In this document: one piece after another, positions 38,701 through 52,403 of the stretch
Numbering within the stretch: the stretch's first letter is position 1
How the letters are laid out: every line of letters starts with the position of its first letter
Made by a program: the position numbers and the translations under genes
NCBI GenBank assembly: GCA_964016885.1
Contig: OZ024741.1
Span: 352,470,001 to 352,534,000 of the forward strand
Source: Eledone cirrhosa
Lineage: Eukaryota
Reading direction: 5' to 3'
Length of the DNA stretch: 64,000 nucleotides
Notes under the pieces: model-generated
The model's database searches: none
Seen by the model: only the letters and a program-made list of their open reading frames with translations
Told to the model about the DNA's origin: nothing

Positions 38701-41700
38701 CCATCCCTCCCTCTCTCTCACTCTTTCCCCTCGTCCCATCCCTCCCGCTTTCTCACTCTTTCTCCTCATCCCTCCCTCTCTCTCACTCTTTCCCCTCGTC
38801 CCATCCCTCCCTCTCTCTCACTCTTTCTCATCGTCCCATCCCTCCCTCTTTCTCACTCTTTCTCCTCATCCCTCCCTCTCTCTCACTCTTTCCCCACGTC
38901 CCATCCCTCCCTCTCTCTCACCCCCCCTCTCACTCTTTCCCCTCGTCCTAACCCTTCCTCTCTCTCACTCTTTCCCCTCGTCCCATCCCTCCCTCTCTCT
39001 CACTCTTTCCCCTCGTCCCATTCCTCCCTCTCTCTCACTCTTTCCCCTCGTCCCATCCCTCCCTCTCTCCCACTCTTTCTCCTCATCCCTCCCTCTCTCT
39101 CACTCTTTCTCCTCATCATTCCCTCTCTCTCACTCTTTCCTCTCGTCCCATCCTTCCCTCTCTCTCACTCTCTCTCCTCATCCCTCCCTCTCTCTCACTC
39201 TTTCCCCACGTCCCATCCCTCTCTCTCTCTCACTCTTTCCCCTCGTCTCATCCCTCCCTCTCTCTCACTCTCTCTCCTCATCTCTCCCTCTCTCTCACTC
39301 TTTCCCCACGTCCCATTCCTCCCTCTCTCTCACTCTTTCCCCACGTCCCATTCCTCCCTCTCTCTCACTCTTTCTCCTCATCCCTCCCTCTCTCTCACGC
39401 TTTCCCCTCGTCCCATTCCTCCCTGTCTCTCACTCTTTCTCCTCATCCCATCCCTCCCTCTCTCTCACTCTTTCCCCTCGTCCCATCCCTCCCGCTTTCT
39501 CACTCTTTCTCCTCATCCCTCCCTCTCTCTCACTCTTTCCCCTCGTCCCATCCCTCCCTCTCTCTCACTCTTTCTCATCGTCCCATCCCTCCCTCTTTCA
39601 CACTCTTTCTCCTCATCCCTCCCTCTCTCTCACTCTTTCCGCACGTCCCATGCCTCCCTCTCTCTCACACTTTCCCCTCGCCCTAACCCTCCCTCTCTCT
39701 CACGCTTTGCCCTCGTCCCATCCCTCCCTCTTTCTCACTCTTTCTCCTCATCCCTTCCTCTCTCTCACTCTTTCCCCTCGTCCCATCCCTCCCTCTCTCT
39801 CACTCTTTCCCCTCGTCCCATTCCTCCCTCTCTCTCACTCTTTCCCCTCGTCCCATCCCTCCCTCTCTCTCACTCTTTCCCCTCGTCCCATTCCTCCCTC
39901 TCTCTCACTCTTTCCCCTCGTCCCATCCCTCCCTCTCTCCCACTCTTTCTCCTCATCCCTCCCTCTCTCTCACTCTTTCCCCTCGTCCCATCCCTCCCAC
40001 TCTCTCACTCTTTCTCCTCATCATTCCCTCTCTCTCACTCTCTCTCCTCATTCCTCCCTCTCTCTCACTCTTTCCCCTCGTCCCATCACTCCCTCTCTCT
40101 CACTCTTTCTCCTCGTCCCATCCCTCCCTCTCTCCCACTCTTTCTCCTCATCCCTCCCTCTCTCTCACTCTTTCCCCTCGTCCCATCCCTCCCTCTCTCT
40201 CACTCTTTCTCCTCATCATTCCCTCTCTCTCACTCTCTCTCCTCATTCCTCCCTCTCTCTCACTCTTTCCCCTCGTCCCATCCCTCCCTCTCTCTCACTC
40301 TTTCTCCTCGTCCCATCCCTCCCTCTCTCCCACTCTTTCTCCTCATCCCCCCTCTCTCTCACTCTTTCCCCTCGTCCCATCCCTCCCTCTCTCTCACTCT
40401 TTCTCATCGTCCCATCCCTCCCTCTCTCTCACTCTCTTTCCTCATCCCTCCCTCTCTCTCACTCTTTCCCCTCGTCCCATCCCTCCCTCTCTCTCACTCT
40501 TTCTCCTCGTCCCATCCCTCCCTCTCTCCCACTCTTTCTCCTCATCCCCCCTCTCTCTCACTCTTTCCCCTCGTCCCATCCCTCCCTCTCTCTCACTCTT
40601 TCTCATCGTCCCATCCCTCCCTCTTTCTCACTCTTTCTCCTCATTCCTCCCTCTCTCTCACTCTTTCCCCACGTCCCATCCCTCCCTCTCTCTCACTCTT
40701 TCCCCTCGCCCTAACCCTCCCTCTCTCTCACTCTTTCTCCTCGTCCCATCCCTCCCTCTCTACCACTCTTTCTCCTCATCCCCCTCTCTCTCACTCTTTC
40801 TCCTCGTCCCATCCCTCCCTCTCTCTCACTCTTTCTCCTCGTAACATCCATCCCTCTTTCTCACTCTTTCTCCTCATCCCTCCCTCTCTCTCACTCTTTC
40901 CCCACGTCCCATCCCTCCCTCTCTCTCACTCTTTCCCCTCGTCCCATCCCTCCCTCTCTCTCACTCTTTCTCATCGTCCCATCCCTCCCTCTTTCTCACT
41001 CTTTCTCCTCATCCCTCCCTCTCTCTCACTCTTTCCCCAGGTCCCATCCCTCCCTCTCTCTCACCCCCCCCCTCACTCATTCCCCTCGTCCTAACCCTTC
41101 CTCTCTCTCACTCTTTCCCCTCGTCCCATCCCTCCCTCTCTCTCACTCTTTCCCCTCGTCCCATCCCTCCCTCTCTCTCACTCTTTCTCCTCATCATTCC
41201 CTCTCTCTCACTCTTTCCTCTCGTCCCATCCTTCCCTCTCTCTCACTCTCTCTCCTCATCCCTCCCTCTCTCTCACTCTTTCCCCACGTCCCATCCCTCT
41301 CTCTCTCTCACTCTTTCCCCTCGTCTCATCCCTCCCTCTCTCTCACTCTCTCTCCTCATCTCTCCCTCTCTCTCACTCTTTCCCCACGTCCCATTCCTCC
41401 CTCTCTCTCACTCTTTCCCCACGTCCCATTCCTCCCTCTCTCTCACTCTTTCTCCTCATCCCTCCCTCTCTCTCACGCTTTCCCCTCGTCCCATTCCTCC
41501 CTGTCTCTCACTCTTTCTCCTCATCCCATCCCTCCCTCTCTCTCACTCTTTCCCCTCGTCCCATCCCTCCCGCTTTCTCACTCTTTCTCCTCATCCCTCC
41601 CTCTCTCTCACTCTTTCCCCTCGTCCCATCCCTCCCTCTCTCTCACTCTTTCTCATCGTCCCATCCCTCCCTCTTTCTCACTCTTTCTCCTCATCCCTCC

Positions 41701-44270
41701 CTCTCTCTCACTCTTTCCGCACGTCCCATGCCTCCCTCTCTCTCACACTTTCCCCTCGCCCTAACCCTCCCTCTCTCTCACGCTTTGCCCTCGTCCCATC
41801 CCTCCCTCTTTCTCACTCTTTCTCCTCATCCCTTCCTCTCTCTCACTCTTTCCCCTCGTCCCATCCCTCCCTCTCTCTCACTCTTTCTCCTCATCATTCC
41901 CTCTCTCTCACTCTTTCCCCTCGTCCCATTCCTCCCTCTCTCTCACTCTTTCCCCTCGTCCCATCCCTCCCTCTCTCTCACTCTTTCCCCTCGTCCCATT
42001 CCTCCCTCTCTCTCACTCTTTCCCCTCGTCCCATCCCTCCCTCTCTCCCACTCTTTCTCCTCATCCCTCCCTCTCTCTCACTCTTTCCCCTCGTCCCATC
42101 CCTCCCTCTCTCTCACTCTTTCTCCTCATCATTCCCTCTCTCTCACTCTCTCTCCTCATTCCTCCCTCTCTCTCACTCTTTCCCCTCGTCCCATCCCTCC
42201 CTCTCTCTCACTCTTTCTCCTCGTCCCATCCCTCCCTCTCTCCCACTCTTTCTCCTCATCCCCCCTCTCTCTCACTCTTTCCCCTCGTCCCATCCCTCCC
42301 TCTCTCTCACTCTTTCTCATCGTCCCATCCCTCCCTCTCTCTCACTCTCTTTCCTCATCCCTCCCTCTCTCTCACTCTTTCCCCTCGTCCCATCCCTCCC
42401 TCTCTCTCACTCTTTCTCCTCGTCCCATCCCTCCCTCTCTCCCACTCTTTCTCCTCATCCCCCCTCTCTCTCACTCTTTCCCCTCGTCCCATCCCTCCCT
42501 CTCTCTCACTCTTTCTCATCGTCCCATCCCTCCCTCTTTCTCACTCTCCTCATCCCTCCCTCTCTCTCACTCTTTCCCCACGTCCCATCCCTCCCTCTCT
42601 CTCACTCTTCCCCCCCCTCTCTCACTCTTTCCCCTCGCCCTAACCCTCCCTCTCTCTCACGCTTTGCCCTCGTCCCATCCCTCCCTCTTTCTCACTCTTT
42701 CTCCTCATCCCTTCCTCTCTCTCACTCTTTCCCCTCGTCCCATCCCTCCCTCTCTCTCACTCTTTCTCATCGTCCCATCCCTCCCTCTTTCTCACTCTTT
42801 CTCGTCATCCCTCCCTCTCTCACACTCTTTCCCCTCGTCCCATCCCTCCCCCTCTCTCAATCTTTCCCCTCGCCCTAACCCTCCCTCTCTCTCACGCTTT
42901 GCCCTCGTCCCATCCCTCCCTCTTTCTCACTCTTTCTCCTCATCCCTTCCTCTCTCTCACTCTTTCCCCTCGTCCCATCCCTCCCTCTCTCTCACTCTTT
43001 CCCCTCGTCCCATTCCTCCCTCTCTCTCACTCTTTCCCCTCGTCCCATCCCTCCCTCTCTCCCACTCTTTCTCCTCATCCCTCCCTCTCTCTCACTCTTT
43101 CCCCTCGTCCCATCCCTCCCTCTCTCTCACTCTTTCTCCTCATCATTCCCTCTCTCTCACTCTTTCCTCTCGTCCCATCCTTCCCTCTCTCTCACTCTCT
43201 CTCCTCATCCCTCCTTCTCTCTCACTCTTTCCCCACGTCCCATCCCTCTCTCTCTCTCACTCTTTCCCCTCGTCTCATCCCTCCCTCTCTCTCACTCTCT
43301 CTCCTCATCTCTCCCTCTCTCTCACTCTTTCCCCACGTCCCATTCCTCCCTCTCTCTCACTCTTTCCCCACGTCCCATTCCTCCCTCTCTCTCACTCTTT
43401 CTCCTCATCCCTCCCTCTCTCTCACGCTTTCCGCTCGTCCCATCCCTCCCTCTCTCTCACTCTTTCTCCTCATCCCTCCCTCTCTCTCACTCTTTCCCCT
43501 CGTCCTATCCCTCCCTCTCTCCCACTCTTTCTCCTCATCCCTCCCTCTCTCTCACTCTTTCCCCACGTCCATCCCTCCCTCTCTCTCTCACTCTTTCTCT
43601 TCATCCCTCTCTCTCTCTCACTCTTTCTCCGCCCCATCCCTCCCTCTCTCCCACTCTTTCCCCTCATCCCTCCCTCTCTCTCACTCTTTCTCCTCGTCCC
43701 ATCCCTCCCTCTCTCGCACTCTTTCTCCTCATCCCTCCCTCTCTCTCACTCTTTCTCCTCATCCCTCCCTCTCTCTCACTCTTTTCCCTTACCATCCATC
43801 CCTCTCTCGCACTCTTTCTCCTCATCCTTCCCTCTCTCTAACTCTTTCCCCACGTCCCATCCCTCCTTCTCTCTCACTCTTTCCGCTCGTCCCATCCCTC
43901 CCTCTCTCCCACTCTTCCCACTCTTCCCCTCGTCCTATCCCTCCCTCTCTCTCACTCTTTCCCCACGTCCCATTCCTCCCTCTCTCTCACTCTTTCCCCA
44001 CGTCCCATCTCTTCCTCTCTCTCACTCTTTCTACTCGTCCCCTCCCTCCCTCTCTCTCTCTCTAACTCTTCCCCTCGTCCTGTCCCTGCCTCTCTCTCAC
44101 TCTTTCCCCTCGTCCCACCCCTCTCTCTCACTCTCTCCCCTCTTCCCATCCCTCCCTCTCTCTCACTTTCTTCCCTCGTCCCATCCCTCCCCCTCCCACT
44201 CTTCCCCTCGTCACATCCCTCCCTCTCTTTCACTCTTCCCCTCGTCCCATCCCTCCCTCTCTCTCTTTCA
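35780..44270. repeat. ~8.5 kb CT-rich minisatellite with 35/30-bp units and higher-order duplications
   Basis: Unit cctccctctctctcactctttcccctcgtcccatc (35 bp) and variant cctccctctctctcactctttctcctcatc (30 bp). Confidence 0.97.
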
Positions 44271-44414
44271 CTCCTCTCCATTTCCTTCTATATTCTCTTC
44301 AACTATATCTTTCTATTTCTCCCATTTTTCTCTCCCACTCCTTCTACTCATATCTTAATTTCTTCATCTCCCCCTCTCTCTCTGTCACTCTCTCCCTCTC
44401 TCTCCTCTCCCTCA

Positions 44415-44462
<48 letters not shown>

Positions 44463-45446
44463 ATCTTTTCAACCTCTCTATCTGTACATACTCCTTACAT
44501 CTCTGTCTCTATTTATATCAACATCTCTCCCATTTATCCCATACCTTTTCCCTCTGATTATTGCCCGCCCACACCTTTTCCTACTAATTTTTTCTACCTT
44601 TCTACTTGTCTTTTACTTCAAGCTTTGCTTCCCTCCTCTCTCTCTTCTCTCTTATTCTCTGTTTCTGCAAGACCTTCAATCCAGCTTTGACTCTGTCCCT
44701 CCTTGACTTATCTACTTCTACCCATTCCTCCTTGACTTATCCACTTCCATTCCACCCCCTTTCACCTAATCTCTTTTCTCCCTCCTCTCCTCCTTCCACT
44801 TACATTCATTCTATCTCTCTCTCTTCTCATCACTCATCTCATCCCCTGAGTCCCTTTATATCTGTGTCACAGATAAGGAAGAAGGGTCACCAAGTACGAA
44901 AATACACGTTTCTACTGTAAACAGTATCAGCTTCTTTTTCTTTGTTTCCTATTTAACCTTTCCTTATTTCCATTCCCTATCGTCTGCTTTGCTCTTCACC
45001 TCTTCCCCAGGTCATTGCTATGTTGTCTGTCGACATTCTCGCTCATTTCCAATTTTTTAGTCTTTCCCAGTGAAGTCTGTTACATATTTCAAGCAGTTCT
45101 TTTTTGGTTGTGATGTCTGCGAGAAAAGCAGCTGGCTAAGTCGACTAACAACCAATTAGTCCGGTGGGACCAAGAGGCGGCTTGTGCCTCGTACTTAACA
45201 CGTCAGAGAGCGTTCTTCCGCATCGCCCAGGCATTGAAGTAGCGATGGTATAGGCTGCTTATATTTATACATACACCAGTTAGTTGCAGCAGTGTCAGAA
45301 ATACGTCTCTAGTCACCAAACCATGTGCTGTGTCCGTGACCAATACACCAGCTTTTCAATAATACAGATCATGCAATGACAATACTGTAAAATTAACAAG
45401 TTCATTGCCACATTTCTAATGAAAGACACTGCACATGGTTTTCAAT

Positions 45447-45750
45447 TCTTCTTCTTCTTCTTCTTCTTCTTCTTCTTCTTCTTCTTCTTCTTCTTCTTTA
45501 ACCAATTATTTCTGAGAAAGTCATGGAGCAGAGTCCCCAGACACGCATTCCAGCGGGTCCTGTCAGAAGCAACCCTCTCCAACTGATCTGGCTGGATCCC
45601 CAAGCGAGATCAACCAAGCTCATGGATGTTATCTAACCATCTTGCCCGGGGTCTACCTCTGAGTCTCCTGCCGGTTGGTTTTGCCCGTAAAATCAGTCCA
45701 GCGATTATTTCCTGAGATATTCTAAACACATGCCCACAGTAGCGGATCCG
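45447..45750 (-). mobile_element. RTE-type LINE 3' end with (GAA)n tail (second copy)
   Basis: Shares tccaactgatc..ctggatccccaagcgaga..ccaagctcatggatgttat with 4373-4620. Confidence 0.8.
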
Positions 45751-46526
45751 TCAATTTGTAGAAGTAGCGGCTCTATCTGGAGTGATTGATCTCGGAGATA
45801 CGCACTCTAACGAGTAACGATACTGCAAGGACTTTGATTTTCAAATTATTTTGAAAATAAGTGAGAGTTTGGAGTGATTTAATAAAACTAACTTTCACAT
45901 TATTAAGCTGGCATTTTGAGCAGCGGATTGGCAGAGTCATTAGAGCGTCGGACAAATACTTAGCAGTATTTTTTGGCTCTTTACTTCCTGAGTTCAAATC
46001 CCTCTGAGGGCGGTTTGCCTTTCATCATTGTGAGGTGGATAAAATAAAGTACTAGTCAAGTACTGGGGTCAATGAAATCGACTTTCCTTTCCTCCCCAAA
46101 CTGTTGGCCTTATGCCAAAATTAGAAACTATCAGTATCTGTGGAGCGTCAGACACCATGCTTTGCAGCATAGTTATGGCCCTTTATGTCCTTAGTTCAAA
46201 TCTTGTCGAGGTTATCTTTGCCTTTCATCCTTACGGAGTCGATAAAATAAAGCACTAGTAATGCACTGGGGTAATTGCTGGCTTGTGCCAAAAGGGAACA
46301 AAACTTAAGAAAGGTCCTACATAAAATTTTATGAAAAGTGTTTAGATAAATAAACTGTTTTGTATGTTAAAAGCAGTGGCCGTTTCAGGCAGTTTGATAA
46401 TGAATGGGTTAATGAGTGTAATTAGTGTTTCATTACCTCGCAGAGAAAACTTCAAATTCTCAAATGACAGCGTTTACAGAACGGCGGGCTCTAGTAGACA
46501 TACACACTATAATTATATACTACAGT

Positions 46527-46816
46527 GGAGGCGCGTGGTCTGGTGGTAAGGGTGTTGGACGTACGATCATAATGTCGTGGGTTCGATTCTGGGGCTGGGT
46601 TGCATGTTGTGTTCTTAAGCAAAACACTTCATTTCACGTTGCTCCAGTATACTCAGCTGAAAATGAGTGCCAGCAATAGCTGGGGTTTTAACCATGCGAT
46701 GGACTGGCGTTCTGTCGAGGAGGAAATCTTGTACACTCAATCGCTTCACGCCATGAAACCAGGATAAGCACCGGCCTAACGAGCCTTAAATGGCTTAAGA
46801 TAGACTTAAGACTTTA
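46527..46816 (+). mobile_element. tRNA-headed SINE with a CORE-like central domain
   Basis: A-box tggtctggtggtaag, B-box ggttcgattc, then gtgttcttaagcaaaacactt...ctcagctgaaaatgagt. Confidence 0.75.
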
Positions 46817-47822
46817 GTGGATGTAGAATGACTGAATGATGAAGAAGTTCGCTTAATAATCATTAGGTCTCGGGTTCGATTCTGCTTTGTGACATCTTGG
46901 GCAAGTGTCATTTACCATAGCCTCGGATCCATCCATGCCTTGTTAGTGAAACTGGGGTAATGGAAACTGTTGGAAGCCCGCTGGATGGACTGTACTCTGT
47001 GTGTCATTTAACCCCCCCCCCCCGAGAAAATTACGTTAAGCGTACAGGTGACAGTGGAATACTCAACCACTTATATTATAATATAAGTTGGACTGCATAT
47101 TTAATTGAAAGGACCAGCTGAATATCCCAGAGAATTCTGTTAAGGCAACACGTGTCTGTGGAATGCTCAACCACTAGCACGTTAATTTCAGGAGCAGGCT
47201 GTTCCGTTGATCGAATATCTGAAACACTCATCATCGAAGGTCAATTCCAATTATACTGTCAAAATACAAAGCATTCAGTGGTGTTCCAACGACTCCCAAC
47301 GACTCAATGACTCTACAAAAATCGGCCAAGAACACCTGTTCTTCTTTCAATAACACCTGTGCACAGTTTATGTCGTCTGCCAACATTTCAGTGTCATCAG
47401 TTTACATTTCGCCATGTTTCACTGTCGTTTGTTTAGAACCTCCACCCAAACCTTTAAAGTTTCTTGGCTAAATTTTTGCCCACATTTAATATAGTCTGTT
47501 CCACACACATTTAGCATCGTCTGCTAACTACTTTATGTGGTGAGTGAAATAAAATGTAATATCTTCTGTGAACTACTTAATGTAGTGAGTGAAAGAAAAA
47601 CATGTTTAACTCATCAAAATAACATCAGCAATGAATGGCAAAAATCATCTCATTCATGATAATTATTGTCAATGAAGTCCAGGGTGAGAACTCTGGAATC
47701 AATTAGGAGACACAGAGGCGGTTGAGTCTGATCATTGGCAAGTACAATAATTGCCTGTCGCGCTTGGTCATTTCTCTTTCTCGCCCTCTCTCCCTTCAAC
47801 TCTGCCTGCCTCCAATCTTTTA

Positions 47823-48362
47823 GAAAGCCATAGCTATGAAAAACACTGGCAGCTAACGCCATCTAGCGGTGTCCGGCAGAAGCAAGAGGGAAAATCGTCG
47901 ATGCATTTCGAGTGGCGTTAACTGCCAGTGTTTTTCATAGATATGGCTTCCTAAATGTTTATTTATAAACATATCGTATTTCTTTAGAATACATATTTGT
48001 ATACAGCTATGTTCAAAGCTAAATTCTAATTCTATTCTATTATAAGTTGAGACAACTTATACAGCTTCATATGCAAATGAGATTAATCACCTCATTTATA
48101 CAAACGAAAAAACTATATATTTCACCTGTTTTCCAAGTCCAGCAGTTGAAAAAACGGGAGAGATCGTCCTGACGAGTACCAGTCCAGTTCGAAATGCATC
48201 GAAGATTATCCCCCTTGCTTGTGCCGGACACCGCTGGGTGGCATAAACTGCCAGTGTTATTTATAAATGTTTATTTATAAACATACCGTATTTCTTTATA
48301 AAAACGAAATTCAAATACATATTTGTATACAGCTATGTTCGAAGCTAAATTCTAATTCTATT
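47823..48362 (+). mobile_element. Small element with inverted plus direct terminal repeats (Penelope-like architecture), family F
   Basis: 47823-47910 is inverted and 47912-48037 is direct relative to 48189-48362; hammerhead at the start of the 3' repeat. Confidence 0.72.
48163..48206 (+). ncRNA. Minimal type I hammerhead ribozyme, family F
   Basis: atcgtc-CTGACGA-gtac cagtcca gttc-GAAA-tgca-TC-gaagat; palindromic stem III (atgcat), AUC triplet. The inverted copy has gacgat, which restores a perfect stem I. Confidence 0.82.
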
Positions 48363-48614
48363 GTACATACATATATATACAGACACACATGCATCCTCCA
48401 CACATATATGCGCCCACTACGTTTTCGTCCATAATACTGTATGTGTACCTATCTGTAAAAAAGTAATCAAACGGCTCAGACACAATCCATACTGTGATAT
48501 CCCCAGTTGCAAATGGCTATTTGTTTTATTTCACTTATTGATTCATCATTGTCTTGCAGTTTTTCACTCCCACAAACATTTACCTTTTCTCTCTCCTCAC
48601 TCCTTTCTGCCTCT

Positions 48615-48668
<54 letters not shown>

Positions 48669-49974
48669 ATTGTTTCTCTCGCTCTTGTTTGTCTCTCCGC
48701 TCTCTCTCTCTCTCTTTCTCTCTCTCTTCTCAAACCTATTTCTTTTCTATCTTTTCTCTTCCCGTTTCTTTCCGCCTTTAGTTCTCTTCTCCTTTACATC
48801 TTTTTTTTTTTGTATTTAGACACTTCTATAACTTCCACCATATCACTTCGTTCTACTTCCAGCCAATTTGCATCTCTCCTCATTCTGACCACCCTCTCTC
48901 TCACTTAGTCACTCTTTCTCTCATTCACATACACACACACTCTCTCTCTAACACACAATTATACCTCCTCTATCTATCTATATAACTGTCAAAATCAACA
49001 AACACATAAAAAACAAACTGAAAAACACACTATAGTGGAATTATGAACTTCATCATGTATGCTATATGCTATATATTTTTAACAAACCGGTTGTAGCCAT
49101 TGATTAAATTTTTTAATCACATCAAATTAGCTTCAAATCTTTGCTTCTAATTTCAACTTTTAAATTTGCTAAAATGATATCTGTAGACTTTTTAATATCA
49201 TACGATAACTCCTTCGAGCCGTCGTATTTTAAAAAAATGTCTCTGCAAGTTAGATTCCAGTCCAGGATTTCCCAAAACTTTTTCAAATGTGGAACCCTTT
49301 TTGGTTCAGAAACTTATGAGGGAACCCCAAAGTCTAATATTGTTATATGGCCGTAATATAAATATACTCCTCTACCTTTTTGTTTTACGGAACCCCAGAC
49401 ACTCCTTTGCAGAACTCACTTTGAGAACCACTGAAGGAGTCAAATCTGTCTAAAAGGTCTAGAGTGGGCTCAACGCAGCCGAATGGTTGGGAAGTTCGCC
49501 TCGTAATCATTGTGCCTCAGGTTCAATCCCAATGTGTGTCATCTTAGAGCAAGTGTCATTTATCGTAGCTTCCGGTCGACCTTATGAGTGAAATTGGTTA
49601 GACGGAAACTGTTTGATGAACTGTTCGATGAACTGTTCCTGAAATTCAGAAGCCCGCTATTGTCACATTATATCAAGCTGAATCTCCTTCAGAATTACGT
49701 TAAGGGTACTCGTGCCAGTGCAATGTTTAGCTGCTTGCACGTTAATTTTAAGATTAGGCTGTTCAAACTGGAACATTCATAGTCGAAACTGACGGAGAAG
49801 TATCCTACGAATGCCTGCTGAAACATGAAGAGGACTACAGAGATTTGAAAGGAACAGAGAATCAAGATAGAAAAAAAACAACTAAACATTAAGTGAGTAT
49901 CTTTAGATAGGTTGGAAAGAGACAGAAAGTTGGGGAGAGAAAAGCGACAAAGAAAGAATGCGGAAAAAGGAAAG

Positions 49975-51180
49975 AAAAATGATTTCTACTTTAGGCCATT
50001 AACTTTGGAAGAGGAGAAGTTGATGAATTTGACCCAAGCACTTAACCAGTACATTATTTTAACGACCCCGAAAGAATGAATGGTAAAGTTGACTTCGGCG
50101 GAATTTGAACTCAGAACGTAAAGATCCAGAACAAATGCTGTTACTCATTTGTCTGACCCTCTAACGAATCTGCCAGTTCCACTGCCCTTTATAATGATTT
50201 CTAATTTAGGCACAATAGCAGTAATTTTGAGAAGAGAAAGTCGATTAAATCTACCTCAGTTCTTTACTAGTTCTATATTTTATTGACCCTGAAAGGATAA
50301 AAAGCAAAGTTATTCTCAGTCTAACAATTCTGCCAATCCACTGCTCTTATTTAACTAATAATAAAACCGATGTGAAACCAACTAACGTGTGTGTTTTTAT
50401 TGCCAGCATTATCCTCCGAAAGTATAACACTATCTGTTTCAACAATCGATTTCACATGAAGAATCTTGAAAAACATACAAAAACGAAATATTTTTTTTTC
50501 TTTTGCGCCTGTTCACAGTCTGAGTTCAAATTCTGCCGGGGTCAACTTAAATTTTCGTTCTTCCAGGGCCAATGTAATAAAGTACCAGTTAAGTACTGAG
50601 AACGATTTGATCGACCAACTAAACTCTTCAAATTGTGATATTGTGCCTACATTCGTCGGACAAAATGCTTTACGGCATTTAGTTACAGTTCTTTACATTC
50701 TGAGTTCAAATCATCCCGTTTCCAAGCTCGATAAAATAAAGTGTCTTGAGCCTAAATTGATTTTAATTTAGACCAGCAAATTTAGGGGAAGGGCAAAGTT
50801 GATTAAGTCAACTCAATACTAGATTTTAACTTTATTTTATTGATCCCGGAAGGATGAAAGACTTTTCTGAGATTTGAACTCAGAATGTAAAGAACCAGAA
50901 CAAATATCGTAATGGGATTTTATCCGACGGTCTACCGATTCTGCCACTCTACCACCATACCCTGTGCCTAATTTTTTTCTACCATTGGCTCAAGAATATG
51001 GGGAAAGGGGAAAGTTGATTATATCGACTCCAATACTAAACTAGTAATTTATTTTGTTAACCCCAGAAATCACGGAGGTTAGCTTTGTCAATAAAATAAA
51101 GTACCAGTAATGCAATGGAGTCGATTTAATCGACTTTTCCCTTTCAATTTGCTGACTAAATTGTGCTAAGAGTAGAAATA
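49975..51180. mobile_element. Cluster of old, decayed copies of the dominant SINE on both strands
   Basis: Repeated tttgaactcagaa / ctgagttcaaat and aataaagtaccag motifs. Confidence 0.75.
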
Positions 51181-51504
51181 TTTTTTTTACTATATCCATT
51201 TCCTTTCCTTTTTTTTCTATTCTTCCGTCTTTCCAAGTCTAACCTTTTTAGTTTCCTTCCCTGTTCTTTCAAATATTTTCATTCTCCTTTCTCCTTTCGT
51301 TTCACCCTCAGTATCATTCCGGCTCTTTTTTATCCTCCTTCCCACACTCACCCCCTTCATGTTTCTCTCTATATCCTTCCGCTCCCTCCGATCCATTCCT
51401 TTTTCGTTTCACTCTTTACAATCCATTCTCTTTGTCGCCTCTCCCCCTCACTCATTCCATTTACATTTCTCTCATTATCCTTCCATCTCTTTCCCCGCCA
51501 TTTC

Positions 51505-51647
51505 CAGTGCCGGATTTAAGACAAATGAGGCCCTGTGCTAGTTAAGTTATGAGGCCCAAAACATTTGAAAAATTTTTTGGCAGGAAGGTAGGCCCCTGGC
51601 CAACGGGGCCCTGTGCACACCTAAACACAATGGTAAATCCGGCATTG
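51505..51647. mobile_element. hAT-type MITE
   Basis: TIRs cagtgccggattta / taaatccggcattg; 8-bp TSD gccatttc / gccacttc. Confidence 0.85.
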
Positions 51648-52207
51648 GCCACTTCATTCCTTTTTCGTTTTCCTCCCTATCCTTCCATCTCTTTCATCTC
51701 GCCCACTCCATTCTTTTTTCACCTCCCTCTCTATCCTTCTGTCTCCCCCTCACTCTTTTCTACCCTTTCCTTTTCGATTCCTCTCTCTATCAATCTGTCT
51801 GCCCCGCTTCATTCATTTCCTTTCAATCCTTTCATCTCTTTTCTCTCTCCCCACTTCATTTTCTCTCAATTCTTCCGCCTCTGTTCTTCTCTCCACACAC
51901 TCATTCCCTTTTGTTTCACTCTCTATATTTTCGTCCCTTACTTCATTCCTTTTCACCCTCTTCTCTATCCTTCCCCCACTTCATTCCTTTTTACTGTCTC
52001 ACCCAAACACATTCCTTTTTTGTTTGCCTCTCTATCCTTCTATCTCTTTTCTCCACAATCCAACTCTTTCCTTTTTCATTTTCTTCTGTATATTTTCGTC
52101 TCTCCTTTTCATCTCCTTTATTTTTGTTTCTTCACTTCCTTTCCTTTCCTTTCTTTCTTCATTTCCTTTCCCCGTTTTCCAATTCTTTCTCTTCTCCCTT
52201 CATCCAC

Positions 52208-52403
52208 CAAACCAGTCAACTCTCCCCGTCCGACGCGGGGATCTCCCATCCACTTTGGGATGGGTGAGAGATGTCTTCTCTTGTGAAAATGGGTATAGCT
52301 TTCATTATGTAAAATCTCCCCATTTTGCTTCACTTCTCCCCGTTTGGGGGGAACTTTTTATCATGGTACTCTCCGTTTGGGTTTTTAGAGGTTAGCAGGT
52401 CTG
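52208..52403 (-). mobile_element. ~195 bp MITE family (copy 3)
   Basis: Homologous to the 9594 and 10720 copies; exact 6-bp flanking duplication atccac. Confidence 0.85.

Noticed and set aside
35780-44270. Possible CRISPR array or telomeric repeat (occasional ccctaa)
   Set aside because: There are no unique spacers and the context is eukaryotic; ccctaa occurs only as isolated unit variants.
35890-44358. Long Ser/Pro/Leu/His ORFs of 354-876 aa
   Set aside because: They come from the stop-poor pyrimidine strand of the minisatellite; the main 35-bp unit is not a multiple of three and no frame is preserved.
46527-46600. Possible tRNA gene
   Set aside because: The A/B boxes run into a SINE body; there is no complete cloverleaf or terminator.
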